Shown here in pieces: positions 63,160-64,000 of a stretch of DNA of 64,000 nucleotides; the stretch's first letter is position 1, and each line of letters starts with the position of its first letter. Origin of the DNA: Malacoraja senta. Lineage: Eukaryota. Below the pieces are notes generated by a model. It saw nothing but the letters and a program-made list of their open reading frames with translations. It was not told where the DNA came from and searched no databases. The translations under genes and the position numbers were made by a program. The DNA is taken from NCBI GenBank assembly GCA_038087875.1, contig CM075996.1, positions 7,442,001-7,506,000 on the forward strand, in the 5' to 3' direction.

Positions 63160-64000
63160 ATTTATAACATCGCCCGGGGGGTATCGCCTCAGCGCAGAGG
63201 GAGAAGAGGAGGGAAGAGACTGCAGACCGAAGACTTTTGCCTCCATCACAGTGAGGAGATGCTGGGTGGACTCACTGTGGTGGATGTTAATATGTGTTTA
63301 TTGTTGTTTTTATTGTATTATATGTATGACTGCTGCAATTTCGTCCAGACTTCGGTCTGAACGACAATAAAGGCTATCTATCTATCCCTCCTAACCCCAT
63401 TCTCCTGCCTTCTCCCCATAACCCCGTACTAATCAAGAATCTATCTCAGCCTTAATAAAATATCCATTGACTTGGCCTCCACAGCCGTCTGTGGCAAAGA
63501 ATTTCACAGATTCACCACCCTCTGGCTAAAGAAATTCCTCCTCATCTCCTTCGTAAAGGCATTCTGAGGCTTTGACCTCTGGTCTGAGAATCTCCCACTA
63601 TGCATCCTCTCCACATCCACCCTATCCAAGCCTTTCACTATTCGGTAAGTTTCTATGAGGTTCCCCCCCTCATCCTTTGAAACTCCAGCGAGTACAGGCC
63701 CAGTGCCATCAAAACGCTGAACTAAACTACAGCTTGGTTCAAGAGCAGGGGACTTTTCCGCAGTGCCCAAGGGCCAACATTTATCACTCATCTAAGATCA
63801 CTGACTCGAGATATCTGCTTGCTTTCTCACCGCTGTTTGTGGTGTGTGCCGTGTACAAATTGGTTACAAGCTAAAACAAAATAGCTCGTTACCTTGCAAA
63901 TTGCTTTAGGACAAACATAAAATGTGTTTTTTTTTTAAAGAAACACGAGCTGCCTTTCTTTCCTATTTGTCTTGGCTTTGTGAAGAGCTCTTTTACACCT

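Overview
Repeat-dominated vertebrate genomic DNA, almost certainly from an elasmobranch (skate/ray-type), judged from the HE1-like V-SINEs, CR1 (HER1-like), Rex1/Babar, L1/Tx1 and Penelope remnants and hAT/Harbinger MITEs; two 200-N assembly gaps are present. Two host genes lie head-to-head and are largely invisible in the ORF track. On the minus strand are coding exons 1-2 of a RIC8 (synembryn) gene (7929-8012, 4212-4259). On the plus strand is a multi-exon secretin-family prepropeptide gene (52709-61693) encoding HTDSLFTSELSKVRGRTAARNLLNTIL(G), lacking the usual GKR site and carrying additional KR-flanked exons. Notable mobile elements are: a young Gypsy LTR element whose single intact ORF fuses Gag directly to RNase H-integrase (protease and RT absent); a structurally complete but decayed DIRS1 element whose integration core can be read from the sequence; many Penelope-derived hammerhead-like motifs; and two TSD-flanked copies of a ~135-nt retroposon whose 5' end is exactly a minimal CPEB3/HDV-like ribozyme. 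All calls come from reading the sequence; no searches were run, and comparisons to known sequences are from memory.
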